The translations under genes were made by a program, and so were the position numbers. A stretch of DNA of 64,000 nucleotides from Candidatus Bathyarchaeia archaeon (GTDB taxonomy: Archaea; Thermoproteota; CALKCG01; B24): positions 416,001 through 480,000 of the forward strand of contig JAVZJD010000002.1 of assembly GCA_038870975.1 (NCBI GenBank), in the 5' to 3' direction. This document shows positions 49,937 through 59,659 of this stretch, piece after piece; the first letter of the stretch is position 1, and every line of letters starts with the position of its first letter. Below the pieces are notes generated by a model. The model was given only the letters and a program-made list of their open reading frames with translations, was not told the DNA's origin and did not search any database.

Positions 49937-51307
49937 CTAGGTTTTCACAACCCTCCTAGCCAATTTAAACGTCCTCTCCGCCAGCTTTGAAACCCTACTA
50001 TTATCGTACCCTACTACGTAGCTTTCCACAGTATCGTTTAAAGGCCTAACCCACTTCTCAGGCAAAGCCTCAGCACCTAGGATTACACCCAATATCGAGC
50101 CTACGGTTGCACCGTTGCAGTCCGTATCCAACCCACCCATAACACTCAACGCTATACTCCTCCCATAGTCTCCACCACCATACAGTAAAGCCATTACAAC
50201 TATAGCCGCATTGTTTATCGTATGTACAGGATGGTAATGCCCATACTTCCCGTATATCCGGCTTAAAGTATCCCTCCAATCGCTAAATTCAACACTCCAA
50301 TTGAGAACATCTCCAACGGCTTCAGCAAACCTAGAACGCCTAGGTATTACAGAAAGCCCAGCGTATACAACATCCCTAACGTCATCCGTCGTAAAAGCAG
50401 CACTCACCATAGCACTAACAAACATCTCACCGTAAACACCGTTTTTAACATGCGAAAGACTAGCATCCCGATAGGCAAGCTCAGCCGCAAAACCAGGGTT
50501 TCCAGGAGCAACATAACCCCACATATCAGCCCTAATCTGAGCACCTATCCACTCCCTATACGGATTCATATACGTAGCCGTCTCAGGAGGCGTTAAACCA
50601 TTGACAAGATTCCTATACGCGGCACGCTCAGCCGTGTAAACCTGCCAGTATGGGAGAAGCGTAAGCCAAGCTTCACCAACGTTCATAGTTGTAAACTCAA
50701 AACCGTAGCTCTCTAAAACGTGTAAATTCAGAATAGTATAATCTATATCGTCATCTCTAGCCATACGGTTTATCTGCCCACGTAAAACGCCGACACCAGT
50801 CTTCTTAAACACAGCATCAATATGGGAAAGCCTATCCTTCAACCACCCAGGGGCATCACTAGGCACATCGTATATAGGTGGAAAGTAGTCGTCAAGAGGA
50901 TAAGCATCAGCAGTACGAAGCCAAACCTCAATCTGCTCACGGCTAAAGCCTTCAACAGGCTTACCCAGTAGACAGCCAGCACAACGTCCAAGCCAACCAC
51001 CGTAAATCTTATCCAAAACCTCCCCATCCGATAAAGACAATTCAACCCTCCCAGGCTCCCATGGACGTTCAGCGACAATACCATCAAAGTCCAAAGGCTC
51101 AACATAAGGAAAGTCAGACCTCAAAGGGCAAACCTCCAAACCCCTTAAAACCCGCTCCAAATCCGACGTAGAAGGCTCCTTAACCCTTGAAAGCCACTCT
51201 TCAACCTCCCTAGTATCATAACCCTCCTCCCTTCTCTGGACAACTTCATCCAACACAATACTCTTCAACTCTCTAATATGCAAATTAGACACCACAAGAA
51301 TATTCAC
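49937..51307 (-). CDS. ADP-ribosylglycohydrolase-family protein
   Basis: GCLLGKPVE, DDDIDYT, IGAQIRAD, GLDTDCNGATVG. Confidence 0.92.
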   Translation of the reverse strand: MNILVVSNLHIRELKSIVLDEVVQRREEGYDTREVEEWLSRVKEPSTSDLERVLRGLEVCPLRSDFPYVEPLDFDGIVAERPWEPGRVELSLSDGEVLDKIYGGWLGRCAGCLLGKPVEGFSREQIEVWLRTADAYPLDDYFPPIYDVPSDAPGWLKDRLSHIDAVFKKTGVGVLRGQINRMARDDDIDYTILNLHVLESYGFEFTTMNVGEAWLTLLPYWQVYTAERAAYRNLVNGLTPPETATYMNPYREWIGAQIRADMWGYVAPGNPGFAAELAYRDASLSHVKNGVYGEMFVSAMVSAAFTTDDVRDVVYAGLSVIPRRSRFAEAVGDVLNWSVEFSDWRDTLSRIYGKYGHYHPVHTINNAAIVVMALLYGGGDYGRSIALSVMGGLDTDCNGATVGSILGVILGAEALPEKWVRPLNDTVESYVVGYDNSRVSKLAERTFKLARRVVKT

Positions 51308-51359
51308 AACCCTAATGAAAAACCTTCAGATAACAAAAATGGGAAAACGACTTTAAATG

Positions 51360-51656
51360 CTAGAGGAGACTCAACTTCCGCATATTCTCCATCAGCCTAG
51401 CGTCAGTTATACGGTAGTAAACCCATTTACCGCTCTTCCTCTCCCTAATCAAACCAGCGTTTTTAAGTATCCCGAGGTGGTGGGATATAGTAGGCTGCGT
51501 TAAACCCAGAGCAGACATCAACTCGCATACGCACATTTCACCTCTAACATCTAGAAGCATTAAAATCTTCAGCCTAGTCTCATTGGCTAAAGCCTTGAAA
51601 AGCCTACTCTTCTCACCGATAAATCTATCATCTAGGCTTTGTTCAAACTGGTCCAA
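51360..51656 (-). CDS. ArsR/SmtB-family regulator
   Basis: FKALANETRL, EMCVCEL, QPTISHHL, GKWVYY. Confidence 0.93.
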   Translation of the reverse strand: MDQFEQSLDDRFIGEKSRLFKALANETRLKILMLLDVRGEMCVCELMSALGLTQPTISHHLGILKNAGLIRERKSGKWVYYRITDARLMENMRKLSLL

Positions 51657-51709
51657 CGGTCTACGCCTACTTCAATAGTGGAAAACTCGTTTATATATTT
51701 ATCATATAT

Positions 51710-51728
51710 ATTTATCATATCGATAAAT
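51710..51728. promoter_or_regulatory. Palindrome ATTTATC-N5-GATAAAT in divergent promoter, candidate ArsR operator
   Basis: 7-bp arms; tandem ATATTTATCATAT copies adjacent. Confidence 0.45.
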
Positions 51729-51773
51729 TTAAATATTTCAATCTGAAACTAATGAGAAAAATGGTGTTAAACC

Positions 51774-52151
51774 ATGACTGGAAAGCCGCGGTTTATAATG
51801 TGCATATGCACTGGTGAATGCCCAGGTTTTGCTAAGCTCGACCTCTGGAAGCTGATAAACTTCATCCGAAACGAGCTCGACGTCGAATACGCCATAGTCC
51901 ACCCGCAACTATGCGTTGACGACGGCGATAGATTCTGGAGAGACTACCTCCAGGAGGGTAGGAAAGACATCGTATATATAGTTGGTGGATGCGACCCTAG
52001 AATGCAGAGAAGGCTCTTCAGCGAAGCCTTTAAAACGAAAGGCCTAGACATAGAGAAACAGCTGGTCTCACTAGACTTAAGAAACATGGATACAGCTGAA
52101 GCCATGAAGAAAGTCGAAGAAACAGTCAACAAAATCCTTGGAAAACAGTAA
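51774..52151 (+). CDS. Small Cys-rich protein resembling the HdrA N-terminal domain
   Basis: CICTGEC, HPQLC, VGGCDP, LDLR. Confidence 0.65.
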   Translation: MTGKPRFIMCICTGECPGFAKLDLWKLINFIRNELDVEYAIVHPQLCVDDGDRFWRDYLQEGRKDIVYIVGGCDPRMQRRLFSEAFKTKGLDIEKQLVSLDLRNMDTAEAMKKVEETVNKILGKQ

Positions 52152-52188
52152 AACATCTTCCACAGAATAAAAACCAGTCTTCAAATTT

Positions 52189-52494
52189 TTGGAGCGTGAA
52201 AAAATGGTAGAAACCTACATGGGAATCCCAAGAAGGGAAATTCCTTGGTTTCCAAGGATAGACTACAGTAAATGCACAGGATGCTTAACATGCGTTAAAA
52301 TAGACCAAGCAGCGGGACACAACGTTTACGACGCCGAAGGAAACCCTCCACGGCCAATAGTTAAAAACCCCTATGAATGCGTCGTCGGATGTCAGACATG
52401 TGCGAAGATGTGTCCAAACAACGCCATAACATTCCCATCGAAAGAGGAATTGAAAAACATCCTAAAAGAGCTGAGAACGAAATACTCAAAGTAG
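52189..52494 (+). CDS. 4Fe-4S ferredoxin
   Basis: CTGCLTC and CVVGCQTCAKMCP. Confidence 0.9.
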   Translation: MEREKMVETYMGIPRREIPWFPRIDYSKCTGCLTCVKIDQAAGHNVYDAEGNPPRPIVKNPYECVVGCQTCAKMCPNNAITFPSKEELKNILKELRTKYSK

Positions 52495-52565
52495 CATTCT
52501 AAGCTTCACCATATTTTATTCCTCCAATAAAAATATCAATGATAGAGAAGTTCGGAATAGACAGA

Positions 52566-52805
52566 TTAATCTCTCACCGGCGGAGGAATCGTGATTAAAG
52601 TCTGAGTTCTAAGAACACCCTTTATACTCTGAACCCTTTCAATTATAATCCCAAGGTCCTCCATCTTCTCAAACTCAACTTGAATGACATCATCAAACTG
52701 CCCAGTCACAGCATAAGCCTCTATAACACCTTTAATCTTAAGCGCTTCTTCAGCAACCCTCCATATCATACGGGGCTCAGAATTCACAAGAATGTAAGCC
52801 TTCAA
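52566..52805 (-). CDS. Lrp/AsnC ligand-binding-domain protein
   Basis: KAYILV...AYAVTGQFD...GVLRTQTLI; TTG start at 52805 preferred. Confidence 0.85.
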   Translation of the reverse strand: MKAYILVNSEPRMIWRVAEEALKIKGVIEAYAVTGQFDDVIQVEFEKMEDLGIIIERVQSIKGVLRTQTLITIPPPVRD

Positions 52806-52852
52806 ACACCCACCCCAAATATATAGCAACGTCAAACTATAAAAGATTAGCC

Positions 52853-53002
52853 TCAAACCTTCAATAAATCCTCAGGCGTTACCCTTTAAACCCAATCCAC
52901 CGAGTCAAAGTGAACAACATAAGATACTATCGTCCTACTGGAAAGCTCTTTAAGAGCTTGAACCACAATCGCATCGTCGAAGTCTAAGCCGTAATCCCTC
53001 AT
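52853..53002 (-). pseudogene. Truncated PIN/VapC remnant
   Basis: Manual translation MRDYGLDFDDAIVVQALKELSSRTIVSYVVHFDSVDWV*RVTPEDLLKV*; N-terminal half missing, internal stop. Confidence 0.7.
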
Positions 53003-53123
53003 AAATCAACTTTACGTTTTGAAATTATCTTTAAATAACCTTCCTCTTTACGATGCATAGGTAAACGGTTACCGTAAGCCTTATAAACAACATAAGTGTA
53101 AATAGCGGAGAGGTGCCTACCTC

Positions 53124-54716
53124 ATGGACTCCAGATACTTAAACTCAAAACCCACCAATTGGACGTCTACAAGGGTTAAAGAGACAGCGGCGTCAAGCGG
53201 AATGTGTCCTATATGCATAGAAGAATGCCCATTCATATGCGAAATAGCACTCTCTGCTTTCAGAGGTAGAGAAGCATTATATCCCGCACCTTTCCAATTC
53301 GGACGTAGTACGGCTGGAGCGGTTAAAGACTACGGTTTAGACTGGAGCCACTTCAACTTCCACTGTGAAGTTAGAGGTGTGAAAGGTATAGAGGCAGACC
53401 CAGATAAAGCACTATTCCCAAATGTAGACATTGAAACGAACATCGGAGGCATTAAACTTAGAATACCGATTATAAGCGGCGCTTTAGGCTCTACAGCCGT
53501 AGCCTCACGCTACTGGAGAAGCGTAGCAGTCGGATGTGCTCTAACTGGTACACTAATCACAGTCGGTGAAAACGTATGTGGCATGGATCCTGAAGCCGAA
53601 ATATCACAAGGGAAACTTGTAGAATCACCAGACTTAAGGTCTAGGGTTGAAGCCTACAGAGAATTCTGGGATGGAAAATACGGCGGAATAGCTGTTCAAA
53701 CGAACGTAGAAGACCAAAGGCTTGGCGTAGATATCTACGCATTGACTAAACTCGAAGTAGATGTTATAGAGCGTAAGTGGGGTCAAGGCGCTAAAGCAAT
53801 AGGCGGAGAAGTTAGAGTCTACGACTTAGACAAAGCGATAATGCTCAAGAGGAGAGGATACTTAGTCATACCTGACCCTGAAGACCCAGAAGTTCAAGCG
53901 GCATTCAAAAGCAACTTTATAAAGAGTTTTGAAAGACACAGCCGCGTAGGAATTACATCTAAAGAAGAGTTTCTCGAAGATGTAGATAGGCTTAGAGAAC
54001 AGGGTGCAAAACACATAAGCTTAAAAACAGGAGCCTACAGACCCTCCGCTACGGCTTACACGCTGAAGCTTGCATCTGAAGCAAAAATAGACTATATAAC
54101 TTTCGACGGATGTGAAGGCGGAACTGGTATGAGCCCCGTTCCAATGATGGATGAAATGGGCGTCCCAACAGTATACTTGGAGGCGCAGGTCTTAAAGGCC
54201 TGTGAAATACTCAAGAAGAAAGGGAGGTATGTGCCAGACATAGTGATGGCTGGTGGATTCGTAAATGAAACCCAAGTTTTAAAATCCATAGCCTTAGGAA
54301 ACTTTGGAGAAACTTCCTACGTCAAAGCCGTGGTTATCGGCAGAGCCATGCTGACGGCAGCTATGAAAGCTGAACATTTCGCCAGATTAGCCAAGGAGAA
54401 GAATCTACCAAGACAATTTACAACCATATACGGTGAAGAACCTGAGAAATTCTACCCATTCCTTCCGGAGCTTAAAGAATCCCTCGGAAATAGAATAAGT
54501 CGAGTACCTTGGGGTGCACTAGGAGTATACGGATATATGGAGAGAATGCGAGTAGGACTCCAACAGCTTTTAGCTGGTATGCGTAAATTTAAATTAAGCC
54601 TAGTTTCAAGAGAAGACCTATTCGCTTTAACTGAAAGGGCGGCTAAAGCCACAGGCATACCATTAGCTGAAGAATCTGAATCCGGAGAAATGGAAGCCAT
54701 ACTTTTAGACGATTAA
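53124..54716 (+). CDS. FMN-binding glutamate synthase-family protein
   Basis: N-terminal Cys cluster, KWGQGAKAIGGE, DGCEGGTGMSP, MAGG. Confidence 0.9.
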   Translation: MDSRYLNSKPTNWTSTRVKETAASSGMCPICIEECPFICEIALSAFRGREALYPAPFQFGRSTAGAVKDYGLDWSHFNFHCEVRGVKGIEADPDKALFPNVDIETNIGGIKLRIPIISGALGSTAVASRYWRSVAVGCALTGTLITVGENVCGMDPEAEISQGKLVESPDLRSRVEAYREFWDGKYGGIAVQTNVEDQRLGVDIYALTKLEVDVIERKWGQGAKAIGGEVRVYDLDKAIMLKRRGYLVIPDPEDPEVQAAFKSNFIKSFERHSRVGITSKEEFLEDVDRLREQGAKHISLKTGAYRPSATAYTLKLASEAKIDYITFDGCEGGTGMSPVPMMDEMGVPTVYLEAQVLKACEILKKKGRYVPDIVMAGGFVNETQVLKSIALGNFGETSYVKAVVIGRAMLTAAMKAEHFARLAKEKNLPRQFTTIYGEEPEKFYPFLPELKESLGNRISRVPWGALGVYGYMERMRVGLQQLLAGMRKFKLSLVSREDLFALTERAAKATGIPLAEESESGEMEAILLDD

Positions 54717-54744
54717 ACAACACATTTAAAAAGAAAAAGAGGAC

Positions 54745-55263
54745 CTACAACCCCAGCTTTTTCTTAGAACCATACTTTTCCCAGTGAACCTTCTCCTCTA
54801 AAGGTATTCTAGTCCTAGTAGGAGACTCATCAGGATACCCCAATGATACAGTACACAGTACTCTCAAATCTTCAGGCACACCTAGAAGCTTTTTAATCGG
54901 CTCTTCAAACTCAGTATCTATAACACCCATCCAACAAGTACCTAAACCCAGCGAATGAGCAGCCAACATTAGATTCTGCGTAGCCACAGCCGCATCGCCA
55001 TGCCAATACCTAGACACGGGCTTAGCCAATACAACTATTACGACGGGGCTTTGAGCCATATGCCTCCCATACCTGTGGATTTCAGCCAACTTCTTCCTCA
55101 CATCAGGGTCTTTCACCACTATGAACTCCCAAGGCTGAGAATTCATAGCCGAGGGAGCCCATCTAGCGGCATCTAAACACTGGATCACCTTCTCATCTTC
55201 CACAGGTGTACTCTTGTAACGTCTTATACTACGTCTGGTTTTAATAGCCTCCATTACATCCAT
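54745..55263 (-). CDS. Nitroreductase-family protein
   Basis: RRSIRRY, WAPSAMNSQPW, LGLGTCW. Confidence 0.93.
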   Translation of the reverse strand: MDVMEAIKTRRSIRRYKSTPVEDEKVIQCLDAARWAPSAMNSQPWEFIVVKDPDVRKKLAEIHRYGRHMAQSPVVIVVLAKPVSRYWHGDAAVATQNLMLAAHSLGLGTCWMGVIDTEFEEPIKKLLGVPEDLRVLCTVSLGYPDESPTRTRIPLEEKVHWEKYGSKKKLGL

Positions 55264-55315
55264 ACATTAGACACCTCTAGATAATATGACGGCTTATGCT
55301 TAAAAATTTTAAACA

Positions 55316-56365
55316 TCATACGATGGGTTTAATGTAATCTCTACACTCGGCTTCGAAGCTCCCAATAACCAACCTATGATAAGCTTCACCACTCCTACGA
55401 TCTATAACCATCTCAAGCTTACCAAGGGCCTCTACAGCATCTCCCACTTCAAAAATACCAGCGTAAAAACCCTCATAAGTCGTAAGCTCAACTAAATCTT
55501 CGACCTTAGGACCGCTTAGAAATTCAACATTCGACAGCTTGTAGACTGCAGGCATGAAGTAGGAGTCGCCAACGTCAACTACTGTAGCTTTAACCTTAAC
55601 CAAATCACCAGTAGGCTTGTACGTGAAATCCCCATACTGCTCTGAAGAATCCTCCTCAATCTTTACGGGATGTACTGAGAACTCTGTACCTGCATAAATA
55701 CCTCTACTCCACACCCTCCTGCATATCTCCCAAGCATCCTTTAAACTCAACCCGTACTGTTTAGCTTTACTGAAAACCCACTTATCGAACTCCCCATTAC
55801 TAAGCCATTGGACAACTCCGTTCTTCTTAAGTTCGATTAAAGTGCTTCTAATTTTAGAAGCACTTCCCCTACCGTAAACCGTTAAATCCACGTCTGAGAA
55901 AGAGGGGTTATGGATTTTGAGAAGTATTGAACCAGTTACTCCAAAGTATTCAATAGGTATACCACTAGCTTCAGATAGTAGATCCACGAGTTCAACCGTC
56001 CTTCTCTCTAAAACGTCTAAATGTTCAATGGGTTCTCTGTAGAGTTCTCTCAACCGGAGCTCAGGCTTAAAATGCATTCTAATACTGTCAACGGGAACTG
56101 TTATCATCTCCAAGCTCATATGATCCAACCTACAGACGTAGCGTGGAAAACTGCCCTTCAGGAAGTTTAAAACCTCCTTCACGGACAAGGTTGTGTAAGA
56201 CTTCAGTATTCGAGAGTATTTACGCTCCCTACCCCAAAGCCCGAAATCGCTGGGAACATATTTCAAGTAAGATATCACTCTATCCTTAGGGTGAACGTTT
56301 CCAATTACGCAGAAGAACATACCTTCATATGTTTCAAGGAAGTCTCTATCTCTAAACAGCCTCAT
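55316..56365 (-). CDS. COG1665-like predicted nucleotidyltransferase, paralog A
   Basis: HPKDRVISYLKYVP, GVTGSILL...SDVDL, C-terminal OB-like domain. Confidence 0.8.
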   Translation of the reverse strand: MRLFRDRDFLETYEGMFFCVIGNVHPKDRVISYLKYVPSDFGLWGRERKYSRILKSYTTLSVKEVLNFLKGSFPRYVCRLDHMSLEMITVPVDSIRMHFKPELRLRELYREPIEHLDVLERRTVELVDLLSEASGIPIEYFGVTGSILLKIHNPSFSDVDLTVYGRGSASKIRSTLIELKKNGVVQWLSNGEFDKWVFSKAKQYGLSLKDAWEICRRVWSRGIYAGTEFSVHPVKIEEDSSEQYGDFTYKPTGDLVKVKATVVDVGDSYFMPAVYKLSNVEFLSGPKVEDLVELTTYEGFYAGIFEVGDAVEALGKLEMVIDRRSGEAYHRLVIGSFEAECRDYIKPIV

Positions 56366-56384
56366 AACGTGGGATTTGATATCG

Positions 56385-56407
56385 GTAACTCTTTATATAA
56401 GCGTTAC
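56385..56407. promoter_or_regulatory. Bidirectional promoter: palindromic TTATATAA flanked by GTAAC/GTTAC
   Basis: TATA at 56393..56400 is equidistant from the ATGs at 56365 and 56428. Confidence 0.7.
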
Positions 56408-56427
56408 ATTGGTTTAAGATTTAGAAT

Positions 56428-57459
56428 ATGAAGCTGAGAGAAGGAGACTTCCTTGAAACCTTGGAAGGCTTCATATTCGACGTTAAAGGCTTCTCCCACC
56501 CGCCGGACAGAATAATAGCCTATTTAAGATATGTTCCAGACGACTTTGGAAGTAGAGTTAGATTCGGAGTGAAATACCGTAAAATCTACAGACTTAAGGA
56601 TAGAGAGGACTTTCTGAGGAAAAATGCTCCAGTATACATATTTAGAAGCCCAGTCTTCAACATGGAGATGCAGGGAGTACCTTTAGAAAGAGTTAAACGC
56701 GTTTATAACCCCCAACTGAAGGTTAAACAGCTTATGGAGCTGGGCGTTAAAGACAATGTTGAAAGAGAAGCCTTAGAATTCGTAAAGCTTCTATCCGTTA
56801 AATCTGGAGTGCCCATAGAAAGCATGGGGCTCTCCGGATCCATACTAGTCGATCTCCACAATGAAAAATCAGACATAGATTTAATAGTCTACGGAGAGGA
56901 AAACTCCCTAAAACTGTACAAAGCCATCGGAGAGCTTATGAGCGAACACGATGAAGTTAAACCATACAACTTCGACGAGCTAGCTGAACTATACGAGTTT
57001 AGATCTCAAGATACGATTATACCGTTTAAAGCCTTCCTAAAAGCTGAAGGCGGTAAAAAGACACAGGGCAAGTTTATGGGTAGAAGCTTCTTCATAAGAT
57101 TCCTACACGATTGGAGTGAAATCTCCGAGAAATACGGTGATAAAATCTACGAACCCATAGGATTCTGCACGATCAAAGCGGAAGTTTCAGACGATTCAGA
57201 GTCGATATTCACGCCATGTAGGTACATAGTTTCAAACGTTCAATTCCTATCCGGCGTAAGAATCAACCCAGCTCAAGTAAGAGAAGTCTACTCTTTCAGA
57301 GGCAGATTCTGCGAACAGGCGAAAACAGGAGATACTATTAGAGCCTCAGGTAAACTTGAGAAGGTTACAGATTTAAACGGTGAATCCTGGTTTAGATTAG
57401 TAGTGGGGGGAGATAGAGGAGACTACATAATTCCAGAGAACCTTCTAACAAATATCTAA
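56428..57459 (+). CDS. COG1665-like predicted nucleotidyltransferase, paralog B
   Basis: HPPDRIIAYLRYVP, GLSGSILV...SDIDL, GKLEKV. Confidence 0.8.
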   Translation: MKLREGDFLETLEGFIFDVKGFSHPPDRIIAYLRYVPDDFGSRVRFGVKYRKIYRLKDREDFLRKNAPVYIFRSPVFNMEMQGVPLERVKRVYNPQLKVKQLMELGVKDNVEREALEFVKLLSVKSGVPIESMGLSGSILVDLHNEKSDIDLIVYGEENSLKLYKAIGELMSEHDEVKPYNFDELAELYEFRSQDTIIPFKAFLKAEGGKKTQGKFMGRSFFIRFLHDWSEISEKYGDKIYEPIGFCTIKAEVSDDSESIFTPCRYIVSNVQFLSGVRINPAQVREVYSFRGRFCEQAKTGDTIRASGKLEKVTDLNGESWFRLVVGGDRGDYIIPENLLTNI

Positions 57460-57465
57460 GACTGT

Positions 57466-59025
57466 TTAAACACCTACTCGCCGAGCTTTCAAATAGTAGA
57501 GCTCTTCAAGCCTACCGACATCGCCCTTCATACAGAGTTCGATTGCCTCCGGTATGACGTCTAATAGGTCTGACGCAGTCATATGATACCCTATCTTCGA
57601 AGCAACTATATCACCAGCTAAACCGTTTATAAAAGCCGCAGCAGTAGCGGCTTTAAACGGCTCCACACCTTGACTTAGAAAAGTAGCAACTATACCCGTT
57701 AAAACGTCTCCAGTACCTCCTACGGTCATCCCAGGGTTCCCTGTGAAGTTCAACTTAACACGTGTACCGTCGCTTACGATATCTACCATACCTTTAAGCA
57801 GTATCGTTAAACCAATTCTAGCAGCGTTTTCCCTAACGTGAAGCTTCAGTTTTTCAAACTCCTTAGGAGGCTGACCGAATATTAAACTATACTCGCCTAA
57901 ATGGGGAGTTAAAACCGTAGCATAACCAGCCTTAAGCCTGTAAACGGCGTAAGCTTTCAAACCGTCGGCATCTATAACCGTTGGAATATTCTTAGACCAA
58001 GCGTAGTCAACTATGAGCTTAAATGCTTGAAAAGTCTCATCTCTCAAGCCTAAGCCAGGTCCAATAGCTAAACCTGTAGACTTATCGATTAAAGGCTTAA
58101 GCTTTTCAAAATGCTCAGGCTTTAAATACTCCCCCTCAAGTTTAACCGTTATAAGGTTTGGTGAGAAGCCCGATATTGTATAGGCTGTTTTCTCAGGAGC
58201 CGCTATGAAAACCAAGTCTACTCCAGCTCTCAAAGCAGCCATAGCTGTTAAAGCAGGAGCACCAGTATACGTTTCACACCCACCTACGACCAGAAGTCTA
58301 CCGAAGTCTCCCTTATGCGATTGAGGAGGCCTAGGCTTAACAGCTAGGAAAACGTCGCCCGGACCAGCATACATAGAAGCCTCAGGCGGAATACCTATAT
58401 TTACGACCTTAAGCTCACCAACAAAACCCGGGTTATTTAAAAGCCCCTTCTTAGGCTTATGGAAGGTCAAGGTTAAATCCGCTTTGACAGCTTCACCTAA
58501 AACCTCACCTGTATCTGCATCTAAGCCCGTTGGGATATCAACTGCTATTTTAAACCCTTTAGACTCATTGAACGTTCTAACAGCTTGTAGTATCGGCGGC
58601 TTGAGCACCCCTTTAACACCATAGCCTAAAATAGCGTCTATAAGCACGTCGGCATCCTCCGCCTTAAACATAGATGAGTCGTAGGCTTCGACAAACTCTA
58701 CAGAATCCCTCATCCTAAGCAGAGCATTCAAATTGACTTTAGACGATTCTCTAACGACATCTTTAACTCTACCAACTAGAACAACCTTTACTTTAAACCC
58801 GTGATATGCTAAGTGTCTAGCGGCTACAAAACCATCACCACCATTACCACCAGTCCCAGCATACACAACCACCCTGCAATTCTCCACAGTAAACCTAGAT
58901 GCTACTTCTCTCGCTACTGCCGCTCCAGCATTCTCCATAAGCTGAAGCTCGGAAACACCTAGATAAGCGGCGTTAAGCTCTTCAGCATACATTTCACCAC
59001 TAGTTAAAACGTTCAAAAATATCAC
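57466..59025 (-). CDS. nnr: Bifunctional NAD(P)H-hydrate epimerase/dehydratase
   Basis: LMENAG, GGNGGDG, HKGDFG, IDADGL, LTPHLGE, GGTGDVL. Confidence 0.95.
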   Translation of the reverse strand: MIFLNVLTSGEMYAEELNAAYLGVSELQLMENAGAAVAREVASRFTVENCRVVVYAGTGGNGGDGFVAARHLAYHGFKVKVVLVGRVKDVVRESSKVNLNALLRMRDSVEFVEAYDSSMFKAEDADVLIDAILGYGVKGVLKPPILQAVRTFNESKGFKIAVDIPTGLDADTGEVLGEAVKADLTLTFHKPKKGLLNNPGFVGELKVVNIGIPPEASMYAGPGDVFLAVKPRPPQSHKGDFGRLLVVGGCETYTGAPALTAMAALRAGVDLVFIAAPEKTAYTISGFSPNLITVKLEGEYLKPEHFEKLKPLIDKSTGLAIGPGLGLRDETFQAFKLIVDYAWSKNIPTVIDADGLKAYAVYRLKAGYATVLTPHLGEYSLIFGQPPKEFEKLKLHVRENAARIGLTILLKGMVDIVSDGTRVKLNFTGNPGMTVGGTGDVLTGIVATFLSQGVEPFKAATAAAFINGLAGDIVASKIGYHMTASDLLDVIPEAIELCMKGDVGRLEELYYLKARRVGV

Positions 59026-59102
59026 ACCTATACCGAGTTTAAATACACGGTGCTTTTAAAGATTCATCGCTAGACTACAGCTTTTAAATATACGAACAAG
59101 GC

Positions 59103-59615
59103 TTGATACATTTGACCGATATGGTACTTGCAGGCTTAATATCTGATACACATGACAATCTAACCGCTATAGATAAAGCCGTAGAACTATTCAACCGTAG
59201 AAGCGTTAAACTGGTTATCCACGCCGGAGATTGGTGTGCACCATTCGCAATGTTAAGGTTTAAAGAGCTTAAATGTAGCCTAGTAGGAGTCTACGGAAAC
59301 GTCGATGGCGAACGTGAGAAGCTTAAAGAAAGAGCCGTAGAGCTTGGATTCAAATTGGATACGTTTGAAGAATTCAACCTAGATGGGTTAAACTGTGCAG
59401 TTCTACATGGCGTAGACGAACGTATAGTTAAGGCTTTAGCTTTGAGCGGTCTCTACAGAGTTTTAGTCAGAGGACATACCCATAAAACCACGCTGGAGAG
59501 AATAGGAGAATGCATCGTTGTAAACCCTGGTGAGGCATGTGGATATCTCACAGGAAGGAAAACAGCGGCTATTCTAGACTCTGAAACCTTGAATATAGAA
59601 ATTGTCGATTTGTAG
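59103..59615 (+). CDS. YfcE/MJ0936-family metallophosphoesterase
   Basis: SDTHD, HAGD, GNVD, HG, GHTH, NPGE. Confidence 0.93.
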   Translation: MIHLTDMVLAGLISDTHDNLTAIDKAVELFNRRSVKLVIHAGDWCAPFAMLRFKELKCSLVGVYGNVDGEREKLKERAVELGFKLDTFEEFNLDGLNCAVLHGVDERIVKALALSGLYRVLVRGHTHKTTLERIGECIVVNPGEACGYLTGRKTAAILDSETLNIEIVDL

Positions 59616-59659
59616 GCTTAAAGCGCTATGAAAAACTTTATAATTTAAAGTCTTTCCTA

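Noticed and set aside
53060-53075. GGTAA-N4-TTACC palindrome before the glutamate synthase-like gene as an NrpR site
   Set aside because: Does not match GGAA-N6-TTCC; may be another operator but unsupported.
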